This document shows positions 13,392-24,780 of a stretch of DNA of 64,000 bases, one piece after another (positions within the stretch are counted from its first letter, which is position 1; each line of letters begins with the position of its first letter). The stretch comes from Tagaea sp. GTDB taxonomy: Bacteria > Pseudomonadota > Alphaproteobacteria > CACIAM-22H2. The position numbers were made by a program, and so were the translations under genes. The notes beneath the pieces were generated by a model. The model was not told where the DNA came from. It saw only the letters and a list, made by a program, of their open reading frames with translations, and did not search any database. The stretch covers positions 928,001 to 992,000 of the forward strand of contig CBDIIB010000005.1 of assembly GCA_965279525.1 (NCBI GenBank), given 5' to 3'.

Positions 13392-14323
13392 GCGTCGGTT
13401 TCGCGGCCGCCGCCGATCTCGTCCCGGCGATCGCCGGCTGGCGCGCACGGCTCGAGGACGAGAAGCGCGCCTCGCGCCACACGCTTTCGAACTACACGCG
13501 CGATCTCGCGGCGTTCCTCGCCTTCCTGCAGGACCATCTGGGTGAACCGCCCACGCTTGCGGCCCTCGCCGGCCTGAAACCCGCCGATTTCCGCGGCTTC
13601 CTCGCGCGTCGCGTGCAGGGCGGCCTCAAGGCCGCGTCGAACGCGCGCGCGCTTTCCACGCTGCGCGGCTTCTTCCGCTATCTCGACCGGGCCGGGCTCG
13701 CGCGAAACGCGCATATCGGCGCCATGCGCGGACCCAAGCTGCCCAAGAGCCTGCCCAAGGCGCTCGACATGGCCGATGCCGCAGCACTGCTCGACATCGA
13801 CGATGCCGACGCCAGCGCGCCGTGGGTCGCGGCGCGCGACCGCGCGGTGCTGGCATTGCTCTACGGGGCGGGCCTGCGCATCGACGAGGCGCTGTCGTTG
13901 CCCCGCGATGCCGCCCCGCTGGGCGAGATGCTGCGCGTGGTCGGCAAGGGCCGCAAGGCACGCGACGTGCCGGTCCTGCCCCAGGTGCGCGACATGATCG
14001 ACGCCTATGTGCGCCTGTGCCCGTTCAAGACCAAGCCCGCCGACCCGCTGTTCGTCGGCGTGCGCGGCAAGCGGCTGAATGCGGGCATCGTGCAGGCGCG
14101 CGTGCGCCAGCTGCGCGTCGAGCTCGGCCTGCCGGATTCGGCCACACCGCATGCACTTCGCCATTCCTTCGCCACGCATCTGCTGGGGGCGGGGGCCGAC
14201 CTGCGCGCGATCCAGGAGCTGCTCGGCCACGCCTCTCTGTCGACCACGCAGCGCTATACGGCGGTCGATGCCGAGCGGCTGATCGACGTCTACGCCGCCG
14301 CCCACCCGCGCGCGCGCGGATGA
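13370..14323 (+). CDS. xerC: Tyrosine recombinase XerC
   Basis: LYGAGLRIDE, GKGRK, TPHALRHSFATHLL, LLGH..LSTTQRY catalytic set; linked to DUF484. Confidence 0.9.
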   Translation: MAGARELSVGFAAAADLVPAIAGWRARLEDEKRASRHTLSNYTRDLAAFLAFLQDHLGEPPTLAALAGLKPADFRGFLARRVQGGLKAASNARALSTLRGFFRYLDRAGLARNAHIGAMRGPKLPKSLPKALDMADAAALLDIDDADASAPWVAARDRAVLALLYGAGLRIDEALSLPRDAAPLGEMLRVVGKGRKARDVPVLPQVRDMIDAYVRLCPFKTKPADPLFVGVRGKRLNAGIVQARVRQLRVELGLPDSATPHALRHSFATHLLGAGADLRAIQELLGHASLSTTQRYTAVDAERLIDVYAAAHPRARG

Positions 14324-14940
14324 ACGAAGGGCGCCGCACCGTCTCGCGAATCCTGCTCGAGCTGCGCGCGCGCGGCGCCGAGCGCGTGCGGCTTGGCGAT
14401 CTGATCGAAGCGCTCGACGACCGCGCCTTCGGGGCGGCGATGCTGCTGTTCGCGTTGCCCAACGCGGTGGGCATCGGCACGATCCCGGGCGTGTCGACGC
14501 TGTTCGGCGTGCCGCAGATCCTGCTCGGAATCCAGATGATCCTTGGCTTCGACCGGCCGAAGCTGCCCGCCTGGCTGCTCGCCCGTTCGCTGGCGCGGCA
14601 GGACTTCGAGACGATGGTAGATCGCGGCGTACCTTATCTGCAGCGCGTCGAACGCGTGCTGAAGCCGCGCCTGCCCGGTCTCGTCGATGGCTGGATCGAG
14701 CGGCTGCTGGGCGTCGTGTTCCTCGTGCTGGCGACGGTCGTGTCGCTGCCGATCCCGTTCGCCAACCAGCCGCCGGCCGTGGCGATGGCGCTGATCGGCG
14801 TGGGCCATGTCGGGCGCGACGGCGCGTTCGTCGTGGCGGGCTGCATCGTCGGCGTCTTCGCGCTTGCCCTCGCGGCAGCCGTCGTCGCCGGCGGGGCCGC
14901 GGTCGTGTGGCTCGCGATCACGCATTTCTTCGGAGGGTGA
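14320..14940 (+). CDS. exoD: ExoD family membrane protein
   Basis: ATGA overlap with xerC; LGDLIEAL.DRAFG, IPGVSTLFGVP, LPIPFANQPPA. Confidence 0.85.
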   Translation: MNEGRRTVSRILLELRARGAERVRLGDLIEALDDRAFGAAMLLFALPNAVGIGTIPGVSTLFGVPQILLGIQMILGFDRPKLPAWLLARSLARQDFETMVDRGVPYLQRVERVLKPRLPGLVDGWIERLLGVVFLVLATVVSLPIPFANQPPAVAMALIGVGHVGRDGAFVVAGCIVGVFALALAAAVVAGGAAVVWLAITHFFGG

Positions 14941-14942
14941 GG

Positions 14943-15584
14943 ATGAAGATCTACGGTGCGCCGGGCACGGCGCTGATGGCGCCGCATGCGGTCCTCGAAG
15001 AGATCGGCGCCTCGTATGAATGGATCCGCGTCGACCTCAAGGGCGGCGAGCACCGGAAGGCGGCGTTCCTCGCCCTCAACCCCAAGGGCCGCGTGCCGGT
15101 GCTGGTCGACGGCGATTTCGCGCTGACGGAATCCGCCGCGATCTGCCTCCATCTCGCCGAGCGCTTCCCGCAGGCAGGCCTGCTGCCGGCACCCGGAACG
15201 CGCGAACGCGCACGGGCCTATGAATGGATGCTGTTCCTGTCGAACACCGTGCATACGGCACTGATGGACTGGTTCCATCCCGACTGGCAGACACGCGACG
15301 CCGACGCGACCGATTCGATCAAGGCCGGGGCGGAGGTGCGGCTGACCGGGCATTTCGCCCATATCGACGCGTATCTCGCGGCACACGGGAAGCCGTATTT
15401 CCTGGGGGCGGCCGTCTCGACCGTCGATTTCTACATGCACATGTTGGCACGCTGGTCGCGCTACCAGACGAAGCCCGCTTACGCCTATCCGGCGATCAAA
15501 CGGCTGACCGATGCGATGAAAGCGCGCCCGTCGGTCGGCCGCATGATGGCCATGCAGGGCATTGCGGAGATCGAAAAAGCCTGA
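14943..15584 (+). CDS. Glutathione S-transferase family protein
   Basis: LNPKGRVPVL, LTESAAICLHL; GGAGG RBS before ATG 14943. Confidence 0.92.
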   Translation: MKIYGAPGTALMAPHAVLEEIGASYEWIRVDLKGGEHRKAAFLALNPKGRVPVLVDGDFALTESAAICLHLAERFPQAGLLPAPGTRERARAYEWMLFLSNTVHTALMDWFHPDWQTRDADATDSIKAGAEVRLTGHFAHIDAYLAAHGKPYFLGAAVSTVDFYMHMLARWSRYQTKPAYAYPAIKRLTDAMKARPSVGRMMAMQGIAEIEKA

Positions 15585-15587
15585 CGG

Positions 15588-15788
15588 TCAGTCCGTCTTG
15601 GCCTTCGTCGTCGCCTTCTTCTCGGCGACGGCCGGCCGGGGCGGCGGCGGCTGCAGCCGGGTCGGTGGCGCCGTCGCGTAGACGGGCGGAACCGGCCCCG
15701 GCATCACGACGGGATCCGGCGTCTGCGCGAACGCCGGGATGGCGGCCGCAGCAAAAGCCAGGACCAGGATGGCTTTGTAGTTGGACAT
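15588..15788 (-). CDS. Small secreted proline-rich hypothetical protein (66 aa)
   Basis: GGGGAG RBS; signal peptide MSNYKAILVLAFAAAAIPAFA; Pro-rich body and Lys-rich tail. Confidence 0.6.
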   Translation of the reverse strand: MSNYKAILVLAFAAAAIPAFAQTPDPVVMPGPVPPVYATAPPTRLQPPPPRPAVAEKKATTKAKTD

Positions 15789-15848
15789 GGTGCTCTCCCC
15801 GAAACATGCGGATCGCACGTCTAGGGCGAGTATCGCGCCACGATTGGG

Positions 15849-15870
15849 GCTGGAGTGTGTCCGCTCCAGC
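15849..15870. terminator. Stem-loop downstream of lpdA
   Basis: GCTGGAG-N8-CTCCAGC inverted repeat; no clear U-tract. Confidence 0.3.
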
Positions 15871-15877
15871 GAGGCCG

Positions 15878-17287
15878 TCAGATGTGGATCGGACGTCCGT
15901 CGACAGCCAGGGCCGCCTCGCGGACCGCTTCGGTCAGCGTCGGGTGCGCGTGGCAGGTGCGCGCGATGTCTTCGGACGAAGCGCCGAACTCGATGGCCAG
16001 CGCCATCTCGCCGGTAAGCTCGCCGACCGACGGGCCGATCATGTGCACGCCAAGCACGCGGTCAGTCGCCTTGTCGGCGAGGATCTTGACGAAACCCTCG
16101 GTGTTGTTCTGCGCGCGCGCGCGGCCGTTCGCGGTGAACGGGAACTTGCCGGTGCGGTATTCCACACCCTCGGCCTTCAGCTGTTCCTCGGTCTTGCCCA
16201 CGCTGGCCACTTCCGGCCACGTGTAGACGACCGACGGGATCGCGTCGTAGTTCACGTGCCCGTGCTGGCCGGCGAGGATCTCGGCCACGGCCATGCCCTC
16301 GTCCTCGGCCTTGTGGGCAAGCATCGGCCCGGCGATGCAGTCGCCGATCGCGTAGATGCCGGGAACGTTCGACTGGAAATGCGCGTCGACGGCCACACGG
16401 CCCTTCTCGTCGAGATTGACGCCGGACTCCTTGAGGCCCAGCCCGTCGGTGTACGGACGCCTTCCGATGGCCACCAGCACGATGTCGGTCTCGATCGTCT
16501 CGGCCGCACCGCCGGCGGCCGGCTCGACCGTCAGCGCCACGCCCTTGGGGCCGATCTTGGCGCCGGTCACCTTGGTCGCGAGCTTGAAGCTCATCCCCTG
16601 CTTGGTGAGGATGCGCTGCATCTGCTTGGCCGTGTCGGCGTCCATGCCGGGCATGATGCGGTCGAGGAACTCGACCACCGTGACCTTGGCGCCCAGGCGC
16701 TGCCAGACCGAGCCCATCTCGAGCCCGATCACGCCGCCGCCGACGAGCACCATCGACTTGGGGACTTCCGGAAGTGTCAGGGCACCGGTCGACGAAACGA
16801 TCTTCTTCTCGTCGATCTTGAGACTGGGCAGCGAGACGACATCGGAGCCGGTCGCGATGACGATCGCCTTGGCCGCCAGCGCCTGCGTGCCGCCGGCATT
16901 GAGCGCCACCTCGACCTTGCCGGCACCGGCGATCTTGCCCGTGCCCTTGATCCAGTCGATCTTGTTCTTCTTGAACAGGAACGCGACACCGTCGACGTTC
17001 GACTTAACGGTCTTGTCCTTGTGGGCCATCATGCCCTTGAGGTCGAGTTCGACCTTGCCGACCTTGACGCCGAAGACGCCCAGGCCGTGCGTGGCCTCCT
17101 CGTATTTCTCCGACGCCTGGAGGAGTGCTTTCGACGGGATGCAGCCCACGTTGAGGCAGGTGCCGCCCAAGGTCTCGCGCTTTTCAACGCAGGCCACTTT
17201 CATGCCGAGCTGTGCCGCGCGGATCGCACAGACATAGCCCCCGGGGCCGGAACCGATGACGACGAGATCGTAGGCGGCTTCAGTCAT
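15878..17287 (-). CDS. lpdA: Dihydrolipoyl dehydrogenase (E3)
   Basis: GSGPGG, GGTCLNVGCIPSK, HAHPTLTE. Confidence 0.98.
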   Translation of the reverse strand: MTEAAYDLVVIGSGPGGYVCAIRAAQLGMKVACVEKRETLGGTCLNVGCIPSKALLQASEKYEEATHGLGVFGVKVGKVELDLKGMMAHKDKTVKSNVDGVAFLFKKNKIDWIKGTGKIAGAGKVEVALNAGGTQALAAKAIVIATGSDVVSLPSLKIDEKKIVSSTGALTLPEVPKSMVLVGGGVIGLEMGSVWQRLGAKVTVVEFLDRIMPGMDADTAKQMQRILTKQGMSFKLATKVTGAKIGPKGVALTVEPAAGGAAETIETDIVLVAIGRRPYTDGLGLKESGVNLDEKGRVAVDAHFQSNVPGIYAIGDCIAGPMLAHKAEDEGMAVAEILAGQHGHVNYDAIPSVVYTWPEVASVGKTEEQLKAEGVEYRTGKFPFTANGRARAQNNTEGFVKILADKATDRVLGVHMIGPSVGELTGEMALAIEFGASSEDIARTCHAHPTLTEAVREAALAVDGRPIHI

Positions 17288-17293
17288 TTTCGT

Positions 17294-18490
17294 TCACATG
17301 TCCAGGATGAGGCGGGCGGGATCTTCCAGGCATTCCTTGACGCGCACGAGGAACGTCACGGCTTCGCGCCCGTCGATGATGCGGTGGTCGTAGCTGAGCG
17401 CGATGTACATCATCGGCCGGATCTCGACCTTGTCGCCCACGGCGATCGGGCGCGGCTGGATCTTGTGCATGCCAAGGATGCCCGACTGCGGCGTGTTCAG
17501 GATCGGCGTGGACATCAGCGAACCGTAGATGCCGCCGTTGGTGATCGTGAAGGTGCCGCCCGACATGTCGTCCATCGTGAGCTTGCCGTCGCGCGCGCGC
17601 CGGCCCAGATCGCCGATGGTCTTCTCGATGTCAGCGAAGGACAGCAGGTCGCAGTCGCGCACGACCGGCACGACGAGGCCCTGCGGCGTGCCCACCGCGA
17701 TGCCGATGTCGTAGTGGTTCTTGTAGATGACGTCGCCGCCGTCGATCTCGGCGTTGACGGCCGGCAGCTCCTTGAGCGCCACGATGCACGCCTTGGCGAA
17801 GATCGACATGAAGCCGAGCTTGACGCCGTGGCGCTTCTCGAACTGCTCGTTGTACTTGGCGCGCAGCGCCATCGCCGCCGTCATGTCGACCTCGTTGAAG
17901 GTCGTCAGCATCGCGGCGGTGTTCTGGGCCTGCTTCAGGCGCTCGGCGATGCGCGTGCGCAGGCGCGTCATCTTCACGCGCTCTTCGCGCGGGCCCGTGG
18001 CGCGCGGTGCGGCCGGGGCTGCGGGCTTTGCGGCGGGGGCGGCCGAAGCAGCGGCGACGTCGGGCTTGGTGATGCGCCCGTCCTTGCCGGTGCCCGCGAC
18101 GCTTGCGGGGTTGAGGCCGGATTCCGACAGCGCCTTGCGCGCGGCAGGGCCAGTCTGTGCGGCCGCAGCGGCGGGCGCCGGAGCGGGCACGGGCGCAGGA
18201 GCGGCCTTGGCGGCGGGTGCGGCGGCGGCAGGAGCCGCGGCCTTGCCGGCTGCACCGGCCTCGATCTCGCCGAGCTTGGCACCGACCGCGACGGTGGTGC
18301 CCGCCTCGGCGATGATCGCCGAAAGCATGCCCGATGCGGGGGCCGGAACCTCGACCGTGACCTTGTCGGTCTCGAGCTCGCACATCGGCTCGTCGGCCTT
18401 CACGGCGTCACCGACCTTCTTGAACCACTTGGCGATGGTCGCCTCGGTGACGGACTCGCCCAGCGTGGGAACCTTGATTTCGACGGCCAT
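17294..18490 (-). CDS. sucB: Dihydrolipoyl succinyltransferase (E2)
   Basis: ETDKVT lipoyl site, Ala/Pro linkers, SYDHRIIDG. Confidence 0.98.
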   Translation of the reverse strand: MAVEIKVPTLGESVTEATIAKWFKKVGDAVKADEPMCELETDKVTVEVPAPASGMLSAIIAEAGTTVAVGAKLGEIEAGAAGKAAAPAAAAPAAKAAPAPVPAPAPAAAAAQTGPAARKALSESGLNPASVAGTGKDGRITKPDVAAASAAPAAKPAAPAAPRATGPREERVKMTRLRTRIAERLKQAQNTAAMLTTFNEVDMTAAMALRAKYNEQFEKRHGVKLGFMSIFAKACIVALKELPAVNAEIDGGDVIYKNHYDIGIAVGTPQGLVVPVVRDCDLLSFADIEKTIGDLGRRARDGKLTMDDMSGGTFTITNGGIYGSLMSTPILNTPQSGILGMHKIQPRPIAVGDKVEIRPMMYIALSYDHRIIDGREAVTFLVRVKECLEDPARLILDM

Positions 18491-18531
18491 TCTCGGATTC
18501 CGTTCTTTGTCTTAACTGGATGGGGTCGGTT

Positions 18532-21420
18532 TCAGACCGTGAGCGCCTTCTCGACGATGTCGGCCTGCTGCTTGTTGTGGCGCTTGTAGAGGCCGGTCGC
18601 CGTCGCCGCGGCCTCGGGCCGCCCGACATACGCGGGCCGCTTGGCCGCGATCTTCAGGTTGGTGAGGATGTTCTCGAGACGGTGCTCGACGAACGTCCAC
18701 GCCCCCATGTTCTGCGGCTCTTCCTGGCACCACACGATCTCGGCGTTCTTGTAGCGGCCGAGTTCGCGCTGGGTCGTCGCGATCGGGAACGGGTAGAGCT
18801 GCTCGATGCGCACGAGCGCCACGTCGTCGATGCCGCGCTTGGCGCGCTCCTCGAACAGGTCGTAGTAGATCTTGCCCGAGCACAGCACGACGCGCTTCAC
18901 CTTGCCGTCGGCCGCGATCTTCTCGGTCTCCGGCAGGATGCGGTGGAAGCTGGTGCCCGGCCCGAAATCCGCCAGCGGCGAGACCGCGAGCTTGTGCCGC
19001 AGCAGCGACTTGGGCGTCATGATCAGCAGCGGCTTGCGGATCGTGCGGCGCACCTGGCGGCGCAGCGCGTGGAAGTAGTTGGCCGGCGTGGTGAGGTTGC
19101 AGACCTGCCAGTTGTCCTCGGCGCACATCTGGAGGAACCGCTCCAGTCGCGCGGACGAATGCTCCGGCCCCTGCCCTTCGTAGCCGTGCGGCAGCAGCAT
19201 GACGAGACCCGACATGCGCAGCCACTTCACTTCGGCGGACGAAATGAACTGGTCGAACATCGTCTGGGCGCCGTTGGCGAAGTCGCCGAACTGCGCTTCC
19301 CAAAGCACGAGCGCGTTGGGCTCGGCCATCGAGTAGCCGTACTCGAACCCGAGCACGCCGAATTCCGACAGCGGGCTGTCGTGGACCTCGAACGTGGCCT
19401 GCTTGGGACGGATGGTGTTGAGCGGGACGTGGCGCTTCTCGGTCTCCTGGTCGACCAGCACAGAATGGCGCTGGGAGAACGTGCCGCGCCCGCAATCCTG
19501 GCCCGACAGGCGTACCGGCGTGCCTTCGACCGCGAGCGTGCCGAACGCGAGCGCTTCGCCCGTCGCCCAGTCGATCGGGCCGCCGGCCTCGAACAGCTTC
19601 TTCTTGTTGTCGAGCTGGCGGCGGATCGTGCGGTGGATGTTGTGCCCTTCAGGAACGCGGCAGATGCCCTCGCCCACTTCCCTAAGCAGATCCATCGGCA
19701 CCGCGGTGTTGCCGCGGTTGTCCTCTTCCTTGGAAAGCTCGATACCGGCCCACTTGCCTTCGAGCCAGTCGGCCTTGTTGGGCTTGTAGTTCTTCGACGC
19801 CTCGAACTGCGATTCAAGGTGAGCCGCGAAATCGTCGTAGATCTTCTGCGATTCTTCCGCCGCGAGCTGACCGGTCTTGGCGAGATGTTCGGCATAGATC
19901 GTGCGCGTCGTCGGTTGCGAGGCGATCTTGCGGTACATGATCGGCTGCGTGAAGGACGGCTCGTCGGCCTCGTTGTGGCCGTGGCGGCGGTAGCAGATCA
20001 TGTCGAGGACGACGTCGCGATGGAAGCGCTGGCGGAACTCGACCGCGATGCGCGCGACGTGCACGACGGCTTCCGGATCGTCGGCGTTGACGTGGAAGAC
20101 CGGGAAGCCGAGGCCCTTGGCGATGTCCGAGCAATAGGCGCCCGAGCGCGAATAGGCCGGGGCCGTCGTGAAGCCGATCTGGTTGTTGACGATGAAGTGG
20201 ATGGTGCCGCCGGTCCGGTAACCCAGGATGTCGACGAAGCTCATCGTCTCGGGGACGATGCCCTGGCCGGCGAACGCCGCGTCGCCGTGGAGGAGCAGCG
20301 GCAGCACCTGCGTGCGGTCGTTGTCGCCCAGCTGCACGCTTTTCGCGCGTGCCTTGCCGAGCACGACGGGATTGACCGCCTCGAGGTGCGAGGGATTGGC
20401 GGTGAGCGAGAGATGGATCTTGTTGCCGTCGAACTCGCGGTCGGAGGAGGTGCCCAGATGGTACTTCACGTCGCCCGAGCCCTGCACGTCGTCGGGCTGC
20501 GAGGAGACGCCCTGGAACTCGGAGAAGATCGCCACGTAGGGCTTGCCCATCACGTTGGCGAGCACGTTGAGGCGGCCGCGATGCGGCATGCCGATGACGA
20601 TCTCGCGCACGCCGAGCTGGCCGCCGCGCTTGATGATCTGCTCGAGTGCCGGCACGGCGGACTCCGCCCCGTCGAGGCCGAAGCGCTTGGTGCCGACGAA
20701 CTTCTTGTCGAGGAAACGTTCGAAACCCTCGGCCGCCGTCAGGCGCTCGAGGATCGCGCGCTTGCCGCGCTCGGTGAAGTCGGTCTGGTTGCGCGGACCT
20801 TCGATGCGCTGCTGGATCCACGATTTCTGCTCGGGATCGGTGATGTGCATGAACTCGACGCCGATCGAGCCGCAATAGGTCTTCTTCACTGCGGCGATGA
20901 TCTCGCGCAGCGTCGCCGTGTGCATGCCCAGCACGTTGTCGATGAAGATCGGCCGGTCCATGTCGGCTTCGGTGAAGCCGTAGCTGGCCGGATCGAGCTC
21001 GGGGTGCGGCTCGCGCTTGGTGAGGCCGAGCGGATCGAGCGTGGCATCGAGATGGCCGCGCACGCGGTAGGCGCGGATCAGCATGATGGCGCGGATCGAA
21101 TCGAGCGTGGCGGCGCGCGCCTGCTCGATCGTGACCGCACCCGCCGCGGATGCGGCGGCCGCCGGGGCCGCGGCCCCGTTCGCCCCCTTGCCCTTGGCGG
21201 GCGGTGCTGCGGCCGGATCGGGAACCCCGATGACCTTGGTCTTCTCGCGACCCCAGCCGGGTACGAAATATCCCGTCCCCTCGGTCGCCATCTCGCGGAA
21301 CAGCGCATGCCAGCTCGGATCGACGCTGGCGGGATCGGCGCGGTACCGGTCGAGAAGTTCGGCCAGATAGACGGCGTTGGCGCCGTTGAACAGGGAGTCG
21401 AGATCGGGATGCGTCGCCAT
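18532..21420 (-). CDS. sucA: 2-oxoglutarate dehydrogenase E1
   Basis: GMPHRGRLNVL, HGDAAFAGQG TPP motif, WEAQFGDF. Confidence 0.99.
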   Translation of the reverse strand: MATHPDLDSLFNGANAVYLAELLDRYRADPASVDPSWHALFREMATEGTGYFVPGWGREKTKVIGVPDPAAAPPAKGKGANGAAAPAAAASAAGAVTIEQARAATLDSIRAIMLIRAYRVRGHLDATLDPLGLTKREPHPELDPASYGFTEADMDRPIFIDNVLGMHTATLREIIAAVKKTYCGSIGVEFMHITDPEQKSWIQQRIEGPRNQTDFTERGKRAILERLTAAEGFERFLDKKFVGTKRFGLDGAESAVPALEQIIKRGGQLGVREIVIGMPHRGRLNVLANVMGKPYVAIFSEFQGVSSQPDDVQGSGDVKYHLGTSSDREFDGNKIHLSLTANPSHLEAVNPVVLGKARAKSVQLGDNDRTQVLPLLLHGDAAFAGQGIVPETMSFVDILGYRTGGTIHFIVNNQIGFTTAPAYSRSGAYCSDIAKGLGFPVFHVNADDPEAVVHVARIAVEFRQRFHRDVVLDMICYRRHGHNEADEPSFTQPIMYRKIASQPTTRTIYAEHLAKTGQLAAEESQKIYDDFAAHLESQFEASKNYKPNKADWLEGKWAGIELSKEEDNRGNTAVPMDLLREVGEGICRVPEGHNIHRTIRRQLDNKKKLFEAGGPIDWATGEALAFGTLAVEGTPVRLSGQDCGRGTFSQRHSVLVDQETEKRHVPLNTIRPKQATFEVHDSPLSEFGVLGFEYGYSMAEPNALVLWEAQFGDFANGAQTMFDQFISSAEVKWLRMSGLVMLLPHGYEGQGPEHSSARLERFLQMCAEDNWQVCNLTTPANYFHALRRQVRRTIRKPLLIMTPKSLLRHKLAVSPLADFGPGTSFHRILPETEKIAADGKVKRVVLCSGKIYYDLFEERAKRGIDDVALVRIEQLYPFPIATTQRELGRYKNAEIVWCQEEPQNMGAWTFVEHRLENILTNLKIAAKRPAYVGRPEAAATATGLYKRHNKQQADIVEKALTV

Positions 21421-21454
21421 GGTCAGCCTTCGGGTGGGTATGCCGGGTCGGGAA

Positions 21455-22330
21455 TCAGCCCTTCATCGCCTTGAGCATCGTCGAGCCGAGGGCGGCCGGA
21501 CTGTCGGCCACCATGTAGCCCGCCGACTTCATCGCCTCGATCTTGTCGCCGGCCGTGCCCTTGCCGCCGGAGATGATCGCACCGGCATGGCCCATGCGAC
21601 GTCCCGGCGGGGCCGTGACGCCGGCGATGAACCCGACGATCGGCTTCTTCGACTTGGTCGACTTGAAGAACGCGGCCGCGTCCTCTTCGGCCGAGCCGCC
21701 GATCTCGCCGATCATGATGATGCCGACGGTCTCGGGATCGGCGACGAACAGCTCGAGCACGTCGATGAAGTTGGTGCCGTTGACCGGATCGCCGCCGATG
21801 CCCACGCACGTCGTCTGGCCGAGACCGGCCGCGGTCGTCTGGGCGACGGCCTCGTAGGTCAGCGTGCCCGAGCGCGAGACGATGCCGATCTTCCCGCGGC
21901 TGTGGATGTGGCCCGGCATGATGCCGATCTTGCACTCGCCCGGCGTGATCAGGCCCGGGCAGTTGGGTCCGATCAGGCGCGACTTCGAGCCCGCCATCGC
22001 GCGCTTGACGCGCACCATGTCGAGCACCGGGATGCCTTCGGTGATGCACACGACGAGGCGGATCTTGGCGTCGACCGCCTCGAGGATCGCGTCGGCCGCG
22101 AAGGGCGGCGGCACGTAGATGACCGAGGCGTCGGCCCCGGTCGCGTGCACCGCTTCGTCCACCGTGTTGAACACGGGCAGGTCGAGATGCTTGGAGCCGC
22201 CCTTGCCCGGTGTGACGCCGCCGACCATCTTGGTGCCGTAGGCGACCGCCTGCTCGGAGTGGAAGGTGCCCTGCGCGCCGGTGAAGCCCTGGCAGATGAC
22301 CTTGGTGTTCTTGTCGACCAGTACGGCCAT
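21455..22330 (-). CDS. sucD: Succinyl-CoA synthetase alpha subunit
   Basis: [19 protein letters not shown]. Confidence 0.99.
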   Translation of the reverse strand: MAVLVDKNTKVICQGFTGAQGTFHSEQAVAYGTKMVGGVTPGKGGSKHLDLPVFNTVDEAVHATGADASVIYVPPPFAADAILEAVDAKIRLVVCITEGIPVLDMVRVKRAMAGSKSRLIGPNCPGLITPGECKIGIMPGHIHSRGKIGIVSRSGTLTYEAVAQTTAAGLGQTTCVGIGGDPVNGTNFIDVLELFVADPETVGIIMIGEIGGSAEEDAAAFFKSTKSKKPIVGFIAGVTAPPGRRMGHAGAIISGGKGTAGDKIEAMKSAGYMVADSPAALGSTMLKAMKG

Positions 22331-22331
22331 G

Positions 22332-23528
22332 TTATGCGGCCTCCTTCACGGCCTTGACGATCTTTTCGGCCGCGTCGGCGAGGTTGTCGCCCGACACGAT
22401 CTTGAGGCCGGAGTTCTTGAGGATCTTCTTGCCAAGATCGACGTTGGTGCCTTCCAGGCGCACGACCAGCGGCACGTTGAGCGCCACCTCGCGTGCGGCG
22501 GCGACCACGCCTTCGGCGATGACGTCGCAGCGCATGATCCCGCCGAAGATGTTGACGAGGATGCCTTCGACGTTGGGATCGGAGAGGATCAGCTTGAAGG
22601 CCTGCGTGACGCGCTCGCGCGTCGCCCCGCCGCCGACATCGAGGAAGTTCGCCGGCTCGCCGCCATAGAGCTTGATGATGTCCATCGTCGCCATCGCGAG
22701 ACCGGCACCGTTGACCATGCAGCCGATCGAGCCGTCGAGCTTGACGTAGTTGAGCTCGTGCTTCGAGGCCTCGAGCTCCATCGGATCTTCTTCGTCCTCG
22801 TCGCGCAGGTCGGCCACGTCCTTGTGGCGGAACAGCGCGTTGTCGTCGAAGTTCATCTTGGCATCCAGCGCCAGCACTTCGCCCGCACCCGTGATGACCA
22901 GCGGGTTGATCTCGACGATCGAGGCGTCGAGGCCGGTGAAGGCCTCGTACATCGCGGCGAGGAACTTGACGCACGCGCCGACCTGCTTGCCTTCGAGGCC
23001 GAGTGCGAACGCGACTTTCCGCGCGTAGTAGGACTGCAGGCCCTGCGCCGGATCGACGTATATCTTGATGATCTTCTCGGGCGTCTTGTGGGCGACTTCC
23101 TCGATGTCCATGCCGCCTTCGGTCGACGCCATGATCGTCACGCGGTGCGTGCCGCGGTCGACCAGCATGCCGAGATAGAGCTCGCGCTTGATGTCGCAGC
23201 CTTCCTCGACATAGATGCGCTTGACCTCTTTGCCCTTGGGGCCGGTCTGCTTGGTGATCAGCGTCTTGCCGATCATCGCGGCGGCGTTCTTCTTGACCTC
23301 GTCGATCGACTTGACGACGCGCACGCCGCCCTTGCCGTTCGGATCGTCCTTGAAGCGCCCGGCGCCGCGCCCGCCGGCGTGGATCTGCGACTTGACGACC
23401 CAGACCGGGCCGCCGAGTTCGCGGGCGACTTTTTCCGCCTCGTCGGGCGTGTAGGCGACCGCCCCCTTGGGAACGGCAACGCCGTAGCGTGCCAGCAAGA
23501 TTTTCGCTTGGTATTCGTGGATGTTCAT
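22332..23528 (-). CDS. sucC: Succinyl-CoA synthetase beta subunit
   Basis: MNIHEYQAK start at 23528, [25 protein letters not shown]. Confidence 0.98.
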   Translation of the reverse strand: MNIHEYQAKILLARYGVAVPKGAVAYTPDEAEKVARELGGPVWVVKSQIHAGGRGAGRFKDDPNGKGGVRVVKSIDEVKKNAAAMIGKTLITKQTGPKGKEVKRIYVEEGCDIKRELYLGMLVDRGTHRVTIMASTEGGMDIEEVAHKTPEKIIKIYVDPAQGLQSYYARKVAFALGLEGKQVGACVKFLAAMYEAFTGLDASIVEINPLVITGAGEVLALDAKMNFDDNALFRHKDVADLRDEDEEDPMELEASKHELNYVKLDGSIGCMVNGAGLAMATMDIIKLYGGEPANFLDVGGGATRERVTQAFKLILSDPNVEGILVNIFGGIMRCDVIAEGVVAAAREVALNVPLVVRLEGTNVDLGKKILKNSGLKIVSGDNLADAAEKIVKAVKEAA

Positions 23529-23666
23529 AAACGACCCGGTCGGTTTGAAGGTCGGAAACCCGCCCGTAGCGCACCCCTTATGGGGTGCGGGGGCAGGGTG
23601 GACGCGTACGTTAGTCCGGGCGGGGCGGCGAGGCAACCGCACCCGGCCCGGAAACGCGGTATCTGA

Positions 23667-24707
<1,041 letters not shown>

Positions 24708-24780
24708 TTACTCCGCCGCCCCGGACAGCTTCAAGGGGGGACCCACAAAAATCATCGATTTTTGCGGCGCTTGCACCGGG

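Noticed and set aside
13370-14323. Tyrosine recombinase as a possible integrase of a mobile element
   Set aside because: Sequence and DUF484 context indicate chromosomal XerC; no att repeats, tRNA or cargo nearby
17990-18260. Low-complexity GC-rich repeats
   Set aside because: They encode the usual Ala/Pro linkers of the E2 subunit
15224-21474. Very long plus-strand ORFs (1121 aa, 984 aa) opposite lpdA/sucB/sucA, and similar ORFs opposite atpA, atpD, priA and addA
   Set aside because: Antisense shadows expected from high-GC codon bias; no domain motifs or RBS; the opposite strand encodes unambiguous conserved proteins
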